Shown here piece by piece: positions 1-11,322 of a DNA stretch of 64,000 nt (position 1 is the stretch's first letter; every line of letters starts with the position of its first letter). This DNA is from Octopus vulgaris (Eukaryota). The stretch is taken from contig OX597839.1 in NCBI GenBank assembly GCA_951406725.2, positions 33,790,001 to 33,854,000 on the forward strand. Reading direction: 5' to 3'. A program made the translations under genes and the position numbers. The notes under the pieces were generated by a model. It was not told the DNA's origin. It did not search any database and worked only from the letters and a program-made list of their open reading frames with translations.

Positions 1-65
1 TCAACTCGGAGTTTTTGAAATTGATCCTTAGAAATATAATATACTTGGTCGTCATTCATGCTCAT
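1..65 (-). CDS. 5' end of a type-B CARD(-caspase) gene, running off the window edge
   Basis: Reverse strand reads [21 protein letters not shown], identical to the N-terminus of ORF 7927-9039. Upstream flank is also shared. Confidence 0.85.
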   Translation of the reverse strand, partial: MSMNDDQVYYISKDQFQKLRV

Positions 66-972
66 ATAAAGTTCTTAATATGAAAACAATATAAATCTCT
101 AAAAATATAAATTTTTACCTGGAAAAGAAAAATGCAAAACAGTCCACCCTTTCACTTCCTGGTTTACGAAGAAAAACGTTTCGGGTATTGTAGTCTGCTC
201 AGTTCGATGACTTCATTAACTGAGCCTAGTTATTTACAAACATATATATTTCAATGGCTCTTGTTAAATTTCCTTCAACCAATCAAATTTTCTTCAAAGT
301 TCTGGATAGTTTTCCTCTGATGACGTAAATCAGAGTTATTTTTTTCTTTTAGAAACCAATAACAAAGAAACTACAAATATTTAAAGTCATGTCATTCAAG
401 CGATTAAATAGTTTCACCTGAATACTTTTAGAAAATGCGCATTTCACATAGTTCTAACCGATTGTGTTACACTGAGAAGATTTGATGTTCGTGGGTCAGC
501 GAAACATGCAACATAAAAATGAAGAGAAAGAAGGAAGCTGTTTCTTACAGATTTTATTTTCCTGTTAATTCGATGTTAGTATCAGAACACAAAATGCTGT
601 GGCAGTCGGCCGTTTTACAATGCTAAGGGCGAAAATAACAAAGACAAAACGAGAGCACGTTTGGTAATAACTGCGTCTGTTGCGGATGTTAGGAAGAAGT
701 GATTTGCTAAAAATACTGTGAGTGCGTCGTCTGAAAGCGAAAACGATTGTTACCGAATATTCTGAGAGGATTCGTAGTTAGACATGTTGGATTGTTGAAT
801 GTGGATCGGAGTAGAATGGGAAATGAATTCGCTTATCTCCATTTACCTCTATTTTACCCCGAAATGCTGAGTTAAACCAATAGAACTTATCTAAGTTTGA
901 CGGTCGAACTTGGAATGTTTCAGATGAGTTGATGTCAGCCTTGAAAAAGTCATGTCATGTTGAGATATTTAT

Positions 973-1260
973 TTGATCTAAAAGATCAAATATCTTAAAA
1001 TGTTTCGATTTTTTCAAGGCTGACATCAATTAATCTGAAACATTCGGAAGTTTCTTGAATATATAATCATGTAACTTTCGTATTTGGTGGTCAGTTTTTC
1101 TTTCGGACATTATTCCATTTTTATATCCCTCAGTCAATAAACCATTGGATAAAGCATGATCTAAAAATGATCCGATATCGTCCACGGGTTTTACAAAATA
1201 AACTCGGGTTTGCATAAATCGTTCCATAGAAATATGATCTACTTCTTGTTCACTGCTCAC
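973..1260 (-). pseudogene. Decayed CARD-only copy (type C)
   Basis: GTG stands where paralogs have ATG. In-frame TAA at 1030-1032 replaces a Lys codon. Homology continues (LMSALKKSKHFKIFDLLD) and then stops, with no protease domain. Confidence 0.8.
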
Positions 1261-1556
1261 GTTTATATAAAATTATAGATATTAAAATAATAGAAATCTG
1301 TAAAAAAATATCAATATTCATCGGGAATAAAAAGCTAAAGAGTCAACCGTTTCACTTCCTGGTTTGCGAAGGCAAAAACGATCGGTGTAATGAAATTTGA
1401 TTAAATGCGACAATTATATTTATACAGAGACACACATATAAAGCGGACTTAAAGAATGCAGACCGATTCCACTTGGCTTTTTTTTGGGGGGGTTTTTTTT
1501 TACAGAATGGGGGATTCTGAAAAAAAATAACAGAAGTGGGTGCCGTCCACATATGA

Positions 1557-1596
<40 letters not shown>

Positions 1597-1597
1597 C

Positions 1598-1629
<32 letters not shown>

Positions 1630-2313
1630 CGTATGTATGTATGTATGTATGTATGTATGTATGTATGTATGTATGTATGTACGTATGTATGTATGTACGT
1701 ACATACGTATGTATGTATGTATGTATCTATGTATGTATGTATGTATGTATGTATGCATGTAAGTATGTATGTATGTATGTATGTGTGTATGTATGTATGT
1801 ATGTATGTATGTATGTATGTATGTATATATGTATGTTAATACGTATTTAATGATCTGAGATCTTCCTGGTCTCGTTTGCTTCGTTTAAGCCATCACGACC
1901 AAGGTCATGCTGGAGCAAAAACCGCCTATTTAGCGTATAGCAACTTGGCTTTTCTACAGTAGAGGCGTGAGACTGCTACAGTTACCTCCCTTGCACTCGA
2001 CCGGAATGCAGTGGAATCCAGTTGGTTTCCAATCGCATAAAACAACAGCAACTTCTCAAGGAATTCAAAAGAAATATCGTTTGTAATTTATAAAATAAAA
2101 TAAAGTTCTGCAGAGAATGGTGTCTGATAAGTCCTCCTCTTTAAAGTGTTGGCTTTGTACCGAAATCAGAAATAATTATTAGTCAGGTGAAGTGGAATCC
2201 AAGATTAACAGATTAGGTTGTGGATGGAGGCGAATTTGGAAAGGTTTAACGTACATACCATTGTTGTTCAATTTCTTTATATTTTAATGAGAGAAGGAGA
2301 AGAGAGAATTAGG

Positions 2314-3366
2314 TTAATCTGTGGCTCGAAGAATCACCTTTCTCTTCAAGGTGGAATAACAACTTGAAACCTGATCCTTGGAAATCTCTTTGCATTCCTT
2401 CGAAACTTCTGAATTTATATCAGATGATAATGAAGAGATGTCACATCTATATTTGTTCCTTTCATAAACACTGATTAAACTTTTTATGAAAACAGTACCA
2501 CTTGCCTCAGTTCGGTAAGCCTTGCCTTCTGGAACGGTGGCAAAAGTAACATAGAGATCTGGAACCTTGAAATATTGCCCGATGTATTCCTTTTCAGAAT
2601 TACTTTCGCCAGCGCTGCTACATTCTGCGCCATCCTTGACTTGAATTTCACTTCGACAAGTATTTTCTTTAGTTGAATTAGGTTTAACTTGACAAGTGTT
2701 TACATAAATGAGTTTTGGTTTGTCTTTCAGCTCAGGAGTCTTTAGAATGGTATTAATAGTGGAATAAGATAATTCCTTACCATCAGTTCCAATAATATTC
2801 CCTACAGTCCCATGGGACATCAAGAACATAACGAAACAATCTTCACTGGCTGTACTTTTTCTAGCTTCTTTTGTAATTATATTTTTCATTTCTTCCGCTG
2901 TTTTCTTTTCAGCTTCATCAGAGGTAACTTCGAAGTTGAAAGCCTTGAAAAGTTTTCTGATACCTTTCACATCCATTTCGCTTCCGAGCCTTTTATTGTA
3001 TTTACTCTCATCGTCAAATTTTAAATTGTTTATTAATACAACTCGACCGTGTGGTTTGTTTTTCATCGGGTAGACTGTCACTTCGTCTAAAAGATCAAAT
3101 ATCTTAAAATGTTTCGACTCTTTCAAGGCTGACATCAATTTCTCTGAATCATACGGAAGTTTTTTATGTATATAATCATGTAACTTTCGTGTTTGGTCGT
3201 CAGGATTTCTCTCGGACATTATTCTATTTTCATGTGCCTTAGTCAATAAACCACTGGGCACAGCATAATCTAAAAATGATCTGATATCGTCCATGTGGTC
3301 TATAAATTTAACTCGGATTTCCTTAAATCGTTCCTGAGAAATTTGATGTCCTTGTTCATTGCTCAT
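2314..3366 (-). CDS. CARD-caspase (C14-like), type A, 350 aa, putatively active
   Basis: N-terminal CARD pattern, then YPMKNKPHGRVVLINN, RLGSEMD, FVMFLMSHG (catalytic His), KDKPKLIYVNTCQ (Cys225) and the small-subunit motif DLYVTFATVPEGKAYRT..SGTVFI. Uninterrupted ORF. Confidence 0.93.
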   Translation of the reverse strand: MSNEQGHQISQERFKEIRVKFIDHMDDIRSFLDYAVPSGLLTKAHENRIMSERNPDDQTRKLHDYIHKKLPYDSEKLMSALKESKHFKIFDLLDEVTVYPMKNKPHGRVVLINNLKFDDESKYNKRLGSEMDVKGIRKLFKAFNFEVTSDEAEKKTAEEMKNIITKEARKSTASEDCFVMFLMSHGTVGNIIGTDGKELSYSTINTILKTPELKDKPKLIYVNTCQVKPNSTKENTCRSEIQVKDGAECSSAGESNSEKEYIGQYFKVPDLYVTFATVPEGKAYRTEASGTVFIKSLISVYERNKYRCDISSLSSDINSEVSKECKEISKDQVSSCYSTLKRKVILRATD

Positions 3367-3447
3367 GTTTGTATAAGATTATAGATGTTAAAACAAGAGA
3401 AATCTGTAACAATTATCAATTTTCACTGAGAAAATAAAGTTCAACAG

Positions 3448-3493
3448 TTTCACTTCCTGGTTTGCGAAGGCAAAAATGTTACGTGTGACGTCA
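3448..3493 (-). promoter_or_regulatory. ETS-IRF composite-like site (GGAAGTGAAACT) plus CRE palindrome TGACGTCA upstream of caspase A
   Basis: GGAAGTGAAA recurs 82-92 nt upstream of seven starts (150, 1350, 3448, 5592, 9124, 10349, 12446) and in degenerate form at 24272. Confidence 0.5.
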
Positions 3494-3731
3494 GCCGATG
3501 AAATCTGACAATGATATTTATATAGTGACACAGGTATATAAGTATGTGTGTGTGTGTGTGTGTGTGTGCACGCACGTGTGTTTGCGTTATGAATTATAAT
3601 ATGCCATCATTAATTCCTTTCTAGAATAGTAAATAATAAGTAAAAATATAAATATCTCATTTTGCGTTAAGTACGAAAGTGCGGCGTAATGTTTATAGAT
3701 GGTTATTGTCCTTATCTAATAACAAACAACT

Positions 3732-3895
3732 CGTCTGTCTCGTTGGCCAGACGTGATTAATGGGACAGTCGGACAGACGTTGGCCAGACGTTGGCCAGAC
3801 GTGATTAAAGGGTCAGTCGGACAGACGTTGGCCAGACGTGATTAAAGGGTCAGTCGGACAGACGTTGGCCAGACGTGATTAATGGGTCAGTCGGC
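3732..3895. repeat. 37-bp minisatellite, short array (~4 units)
   Basis: Unit gttggccagacgtgattaaagggtcagtcggacagac. Confidence 0.9.
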
Positions 3896-4130
3896 GAACA
3901 GCATAAAATTGGGATAAAAGCCTTCTTTGAACGGGTTTATGACAAATTTTATTCAGACTTATGGTTAATGTTTAGGAAATGAAAAGCGAAAAAAGAAAAG
4001 AAAAATTACTGGAATGGGTGTAAAACAATGAAAAGGAAGCGAATATGAACAAAAAAAATGCGTGCAAAGCAACGGGAGGGTGGGGAGAGGACTTCGGAAA
4101 ATTCACAAGATCGGAGTTTTCCCCTCATTA

Positions 4131-4164
<34 letters not shown>

Positions 4165-4303
4165 ATGTGTACATATGTTTGTGTATATATATGTATATAA
4201 TATATCTATATATATAATATATATATATATCTTCAAGGCGGTGCTCCAGCATAGCCACAGTCAAATGACTGAAACACGTAAAAAAAAGTAATATCTCTCT
4301 CTC

Positions 4304-4387
<84 letters not shown>

Positions 4388-4779
4388 CATGTATATATGT
4401 ATGTGTATATATATGTATATAATATATCTATATATATAATATTTATAAATGAGGGTGAAAAATTAATATTAATTTAATAATACCATTAATTTTAACACCG
4501 AGTGGCTTAGCACAAAACCTACGGAGAAAATACAAATTTATACATAAATTATTAGAGAGTTAACCACTAATTTCTATATATATAATATATATATATAACT
4601 TAAAGGCGGTGCTCCAGCATAGCCACAGTCAAATGACTGAAACACGTAAAAAAGTAATATCTCTCTCTCTCTCTATCTGTGTATATATATATATATATAT
4701 ATATCGCCATGTTGATTCGTTAGTTACTGCACGCATTTATTTTTTCTCTCCTTCTTTCTGTGTTTTTTTTCTCTGAGTA

Positions 4780-4817
4780 TCTTTCTGTTGAGGAGCGTAG
4801 GCTCGAAACGTTAAAGA
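4780..4817 (+). ncRNA. Minimal hammerhead-ribozyme-like motif (A6 variant) in a Penelope-like terminal repeat
   Basis: tcttt-CTGTTGA-g-gagc(gtag)gctc-GAAA-cg-TT-aaaga. Confidence 0.45.
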
Positions 4818-4914
4818 CTTGTTTTATTTATATTTCCTGAGCGCCATACTAATACAATTGTTCGTTTGTTTTCCACCTGCCTTCGTCTTTTGTCTATTTT
4901 CATAAAGCTTCCCG

Positions 4915-4957
<43 letters not shown>

Positions 4958-4971
4958 TATATACACATATG

Positions 4972-5092
<121 letters not shown>

Positions 5093-5162
5093 GATAGAGA
5101 GAGAGATATTACTTTTTTACATGTTTCAGTCATTTGACTGTGGCTATGCTGGAGCACCGCCT

Positions 5163-5507
5163 TTAAGGTTTAACGTACATACCATCGTTGTTCAATTTCT
5201 TTATATTTTCTGACGGATCGTCTAATAGCTCGAGAATTTCCTTATGGTTTGACTTTTTCAAAGCCGACACAAATTTACGGGACCCATCTAGTAGTTTCTT
5301 ACCTAGGATTTCGTGTAACCGTCGTTTCTGATTGTTAGAATCTCTTTCAGACATTATGCTCTCTTTATGGCTATCAGTCAGCAAACCATTGGATAAAGCT
5401 TCATCTAAAAATGATTTGATATCGTCCATGTGTTTTACAAAATCAACTCGGAGTTTTTGAAATTGATCCTTAGAAATATAAAATACTTGGTCGTCATTCA
5501 TGCTCAT
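5163..5507 (-). CDS. CARD-only protein, 114 aa (type-B CARD, protease domain deleted)
   Basis: First 99 aa match ORF 7927-9039 with 8 substitutions. After DDPS the sequence jumps directly into the caspase 3' flank. ATG and upstream region are intact. Confidence 0.75.
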   Translation of the reverse strand: MSMNDDQVFYISKDQFQKLRVDFVKHMDDIKSFLDEALSNGLLTDSHKESIMSERDSNNQKRRLHEILGKKLLDGSRKFVSALKKSNHKEILELLDDPSENIKKLNNDGMYVKP

Positions 5508-6803
5508 ATAAAGTTCTTAATATGAAAACAATATAAATCTCTAAAAATATCAATTTGTACCTGGAAAAGAAAAAAGCAAAACAGTCCACCCTTTCACTTC
5601 CTGGTTTACGAAGAAAAACGTTTCGGGTAATGTAGTCTGCTCAGTTCGATGACTTCATTAACTGAGCCTAGTTATTTACAAACACATATATTTCATTGGC
5701 TCTTGTTAAATTTCCTTCAACCAATCAAATTTTCTTCAAAGTTCTGGATAGTTTTCCTCTGATGACGTAAATCAGAGTTATTTTTCTCTTAGAAACCAAT
5801 AACAAAGAAACTACAAATATTTAAAGTCATGTCGTTCAAGCGATTAAATAGTTTCACCTGAATACTTTTAGATAATGCGCATTTCACATAGTTCTAACCG
5901 ATTGTGTTACACTGAGAAGATTTGATGTTCGTGGGTCAGCGAAACATGCAACATAAAAATGAAGAGAAAGAAGGAAGCTGTTTCTTACAGATTTTATTTT
6001 CCTGTTAATTCGATGTTACTGTCAGAACACAAAATGCTGTGGCAGTCGGCCGTTTTACAATGCTAAGGGCGAAAATAACAAAGACAAAACGAGAGCACGT
6101 TTGGTAATAACTGCGTCTGTTGCGGATGTTAGGAAGAAGTGATTTGCTAAAAATACTGTGAGTGCGTCGTCTGAAAGCGAAAACGATTGTTACCGAATAT
6201 TCTGAGAGGATTCGTAGTTATACATGTTGGATTGTTGAATGTGGATCGGAGTAGAATGGGAAATGAATTCGCTTATCTCTATTTACCTCTATTTTACCCC
6301 GAAATGCTGAGTTAAACCAATAGAACTTATCTAAGTTTGACGGTCGAACTTGGAATGTTTCAGACGAGTTGATGTCAGCCTTGAAAAAGTCATGTCATGC
6401 GTGTGTGTGTGTCTGTGTGTTTGGAGAAGGGGAGAGAGACAAAAAGAGAAAAGGGGAAATAAAAATAAGGGAGGAAGGGGAAAAAAATTGTGTTGATATT
6501 TATACCACAACATATATATACACAGACTTATACATGAAATATTTGAAAAAAAAAACTTTTATCGGTTCAAAATGAACAACTAAATTACACCATCTTGAAA
6601 ATTGTATATCATAGGAAAGTTAAAATTAAAGTGACAATTAAAAAGTGAAGATGGAAGTAAATTATAAAAATATAAAAATAACATAATGTATATAACTGGC
6701 AATGTATATATATATATACACACACACATATATATACATATAGAGACATATACTAAATGTTCTACTATATTAGATTGTAAATCGAAAAATGTGTCCTTCA
6801 ATG

Positions 6804-6880
<77 letters not shown>

Positions 6881-7420
6881 GCTTACACATGAAATATTAG
6901 AAAAAAACCACCTTCTATCGATTCAAAATGAACAATCAAATTACACCATCTTGAAAATTGCATATCATAGGAAGGTTAAAATTAGAATGACAATTGGCAA
7001 GTAAAGATCAAGTAAATTACAAAACCAATATAATGTATATAACAGGTAACATATACATACACACACCTATACATATATATATATATACACACACACACAT
7101 ATTAAATGTTCTACTATATTATATTGTAAATCGAAAGATTTGTCCTTCAATGTATGATGAGTAAAGTTTCAGCCGTTTAATTTGGGGGAGAACTTAGCTA
7201 TGAAATATTTTTCCATATTCCTCGGACATTTGTAGAAGGGAAAGATCTTAAATTTTCCCTCTCCACATGTATATATGTGTGTGTATGTATGTATGTAAGT
7301 ATGTATGTATGTTATGTATGTATGTATGTATGTATGTATGTATGTATGTATGTATGTATGTATGTATGTATGTATGTATGTATGTATGTACGTACGTATG
7401 TATGTATGTATGTATGTATG

Positions 7421-7456
<36 letters not shown>

Positions 7457-7926
7457 TATTTAATGATCTGAGATCTTCCTGGTCTCGTTTGCTTCTTTTA
7501 AGCCATCACGACCAAGGTCATGCTGGAGCAAAAACCGCCTATTTAGCGTATAGCAACTTGGCTTTTCTACAGTAGAGGCGTGAGACTGCTACAGTTACCT
7601 CCCTTGCACTCGACCGGAATGCAGTGGAATCTATTTGGTTTCCAATCGCATAAAACAACAACAACTTCTCAAGGAATTCAAAAGAAATATCGTTTGTAAT
7701 TTATAAAATGAAATAAAGTTCTGCAGAGAATGGTGTCTGATAAGTCCCCCTCTTTAAATTGTTGGCTTTGTACCGAAATCAGAAATACTTATTAGTCAGG
7801 TGAAGTGGAATCCAAGAATAACAGATTAGGTTGTGGATGGAGGCGAATTTGGAAAGGTTTAACGTACATACCATTGTTGTTCAATTTCTTTATATTTTAA
7901 TGAGAGAAGGAGAAGAGAGAATTAGG

Positions 7927-9039
7927 TTAATCTGTGGCTCGAAGAATCACCTTTCTCTTCAAGGTGGAATAACAACTTGAAACCTGATCCATGTTAATCT
8001 CTTTGAATTCCTTCGAAACTTTTGATTTTATATCAAGTGATAATGATGAGATGTCACATCTATCTTTGTTCCTTTCATAAACACTGATTAGACTTTTTAT
8101 GAAAAAAGAACCGCTTTCCTCAGTTCGGTAAGCAAGGCCTTCTGGAACGGAGGCAAAAGTAACATAGAGATCTGGAACGTTGAAATATTGCCCGATGTAT
8201 TCCTTTTCAGAATTACTTTCGACAGCGCTGCTACATTCTGCGTCAACTTTGACTTGAGTTTCACTTCGACAAGTATTTTCTTTAGTTGAAGAAGCGTCGG
8301 TGCCTTTCGGGATATTATCCTTCTCATGTTTAAATTGATAAGTATTTACATAAATGAGCTTTGGTTTGTCTTTCAGCGGAGACCTCTTCTCTGGATCGTC
8401 GTTAATAGTGTCCTTTAGAGCGTCGTTAATAGTGGAATAAGATAATTCCTTACCATCAGTTCCAATGATACTCCCTCTAACACCATGTGACATCAAGAAC
8501 ATAACGAAACAATCTTCACGGGCTGTACTTTCCTGCGATGCTTTCTCAATTATTCCTTCCATTTCCTCGGCCGTTTTATTAGAATAAAGTTGAACTTCGA
8601 AATTGAAAGCCTTGAAAAGTTTCGTGATACCTTCCACATCCTTTTCGCTTCCGAGCCTTTCATTGTATTTACTCCCAACGGGAAATTTCACATTATTTAT
8701 TAATATAACACGACCATGAAGTTTGAATTTCATCGGGTAGACTGACGGATCGTCTAATAGCTTGAGAATTTCCTTATGGTTTGACTTTTTCAAAGCCGAC
8801 ACAAATTTACGGGACCCATCCGGTAGTTTCTTACCTAGGATTTCGTGTAACCGTCGTTTCTGATTGTTAGAATCACTTTCAGACATTATGCTCTCTTTAT
8901 TGCTATTAGTCAGCAAACCATTGGATAAAGCTTCATCTAAAAATGATTCGATATCGTCCATGAGTTTTACAAAATCAACTCGGAGTTTTTGAAATTGATC
9001 CTTAGAAATATAATATACTTGGTCGTCATTCATGCTCAT
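7927..9039 (-). CDS. CARD pseudo-caspase, type B, 370 aa (catalytic Cys replaced by Tyr)
   Basis: Full caspase motif set including SHG, but KPKLIYVNTYQF; codon TAT at 8338-8340 where paralogs have TGT. Confidence 0.9.
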   Translation of the reverse strand: MSMNDDQVYYISKDQFQKLRVDFVKLMDDIESFLDEALSNGLLTNSNKESIMSESDSNNQKRRLHEILGKKLPDGSRKFVSALKKSNHKEILKLLDDPSVYPMKFKLHGRVILINNVKFPVGSKYNERLGSEKDVEGITKLFKAFNFEVQLYSNKTAEEMEGIIEKASQESTAREDCFVMFLMSHGVRGSIIGTDGKELSYSTINDALKDTINDDPEKRSPLKDKPKLIYVNTYQFKHEKDNIPKGTDASSTKENTCRSETQVKVDAECSSAVESNSEKEYIGQYFNVPDLYVTFASVPEGLAYRTEESGSFFIKSLISVYERNKDRCDISSLSLDIKSKVSKEFKEINMDQVSSCYSTLKRKVILRATD

Positions 9040-10161
9040 ATAAAGTTCTTAATATGAAAACAATATAAATCTCTAAAAATATCAATTTTTACCTGGAAAA
9101 GAAAAAAGCAAAACAGTCCACCCTTTCACTTCCTGGTTTACGAAGTGAAACGTTTCGGGTAATGTAGTCTGCTCAGTTCGATGACTTCATTAACTGAGCC
9201 TAGTTATTTACAAACACATATATTTCATTGGCTCTTGTTAAATTTCCTTCAACCAATCAAATTTTCTTCAAAGTTCTGGATAGTTTTCCGCTGATGACGT
9301 AAATCAAAGTTATTTTTACTCTTAGAAACCAATAACAAAGAAACTACAAATATTTAAAGTCATGTCATTTAAGCGATTAAATAGTTTCACCTGAATACTT
9401 TTAGAAAATGCGCATTTCACATAGTTCTAACCGATTGTGTTACACTGAGAAGATTTGATGTTCGTGGGTCAGCGAAACATGCAATATAAAAATGAAGAGA
9501 AAGAAGGAAGCTGTTTCTTACAGATTTTATTTTCCTGTTAATTCGATGTTACTGTCAGAACACAAAATGCTGTGGCAGTCGGCCGTTTTACAATGCTAAG
9601 GGCGAAAATAACAAAGACAAAACGAGAGCATGTTTGGTAATAACTGCGTCTGTTGCGGATGTTAGGAAGAAGTGATTTTCTAAAAATACTGTGAGTGCGT
9701 CGTGTGAAAGTGAAAACGATTGTTACCGAATATTCTGAGAGGATTCGTAGTTATACATGTTGGATTGTTGAATGTGGATCGGAGTAGAATGGGAAACGAA
9801 TTCGCTTATCTCCATTTACCTCTATTTTACCCCGAAATGCTGAGTTAAACAATAGAACTTATCTAAGTTTGACGGTCGAACTTGGAATGTTTCAGACGAG
9901 TTGATGTCAGCCTTGAAAAAGTCATGTCATGCGTGTGTGTGTGTCTGTGTGTGTGTGTCTGTGTGTTTGGAGAAGGGGAGAGAGACAAAAAGAGAAAAGG
10001 GAAACTAAAAATAAGGGATTAAGGGGAAAAAAATTGTGTTGATATTTATACCACAACATATATATACACAGACTTATACATGAAATATTTGGAAAAAAAC
10101 CTTTTATTGGTTCAAAATGAACAACTAAATTACACCATCTTGAAAATTGTATATCATAGGA

Positions 10162-10257
10162 AAATGATCCGAGATCGTCCACGTGTTTTACAAAATAAAC
10201 TCGGATTTGCATAAATCGTTCCTGAGAAATATGATGTACTTCTTGTTCACTGCTCAC
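10162..10257 (-). pseudogene. Truncated type-C CARD remnant
   Basis: GTG start, SSEQEVHHISQERFMQIRVYFVKHVDDLGSF, then fused to unrelated sequence also present at ~6400-6617. Confidence 0.8.
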
Positions 10258-10555
10258 GTTTATATAAAATTATAGATATTAAAATAATAGAAATCTGTAA
10301 AAAAAAATATCAATATTCATCGGGAATAAAAAGCTAAAGAGTCAACCGTTTCACTTCCTGGTTTGCGAAGGCAAAAACGATCGGTGTAATGAAATTTGAT
10401 TAAATGCGACAATTATATTTATACAGAGACACACATATAAAGCGGACTTAAAGAATGCAGACCGATTCCACTTGGCTTTTTTTGGGGGGATTTTTTTTAC
10501 AGAATGGGGGATTCTGAAAAAAAATAACAGAAGTGGGTGCCGTCCACATATGAAT

Positions 10556-10641
<86 letters not shown>

Positions 10642-10816
10642 CTGTGTGTGTGTGTGTGTATATGTACGTACGTACGTATGTATGTACGTACGTATGTATG
10701 TATGTATGTACGTATGTATGTATGTATGTATGTATGTATGTACGTATGTATGTATGTATGTATGTATGTATGTATGTATGTATGTATGTATGTACGTATG
10801 TATGTATGTATGTATG

Positions 10817-10852
<36 letters not shown>

Positions 10853-11322
10853 TATTTAATGATCTGAGATCTTCCTGGTCTCGTTTGCTTCGTTTAAGCC
10901 ATCACGACCAAGGTCATGCTGGAGCAAAAACCGCCTATTTAGCGTATAGCAACTTGGCTTTTCTACAGTAGAGGCGTGAGACTGCTACAGTTACCTCCCT
11001 TGCACTCGACCGGAATGCAGTGGAATCCAGTTGGTTTCCAATCGCATAAAACAACAGCAACTTCTCAAGGAATTCAAAAGAAATATCGTTTGTAATTTAT
11101 AAAATAAAATAAAGTTCTGCAGAGAATGGTGTCTGATAAGTCCTCCTCTTTAAATTGTTGGCTTTGTACCGAAATCAGAAATACTTATTAGTCAGGTGAA
11201 GTGGAATCCAAGAATAACAGATTAGGTTGTGGATGGAGGCGAATTTGGAAAGGTTTAACGTACATACCATTGTTGTTCAATTTCTTTATATTTTAATGAG
11301 AGAAGGAGAAGAGAGAATTAGG

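Noticed and set aside
2314-3366. Assigning CASP1, CASP2 or CASP9 orthology
   Set aside because: CARD-caspase architecture alone cannot fix orthology and the active site is atypical; a phylogeny is needed.
9922-10257. 111-aa novel chimeric protein
   Set aside because: GTG start, a third of a CARD fused to repeat-derived sequence; best read as a rearrangement scar.
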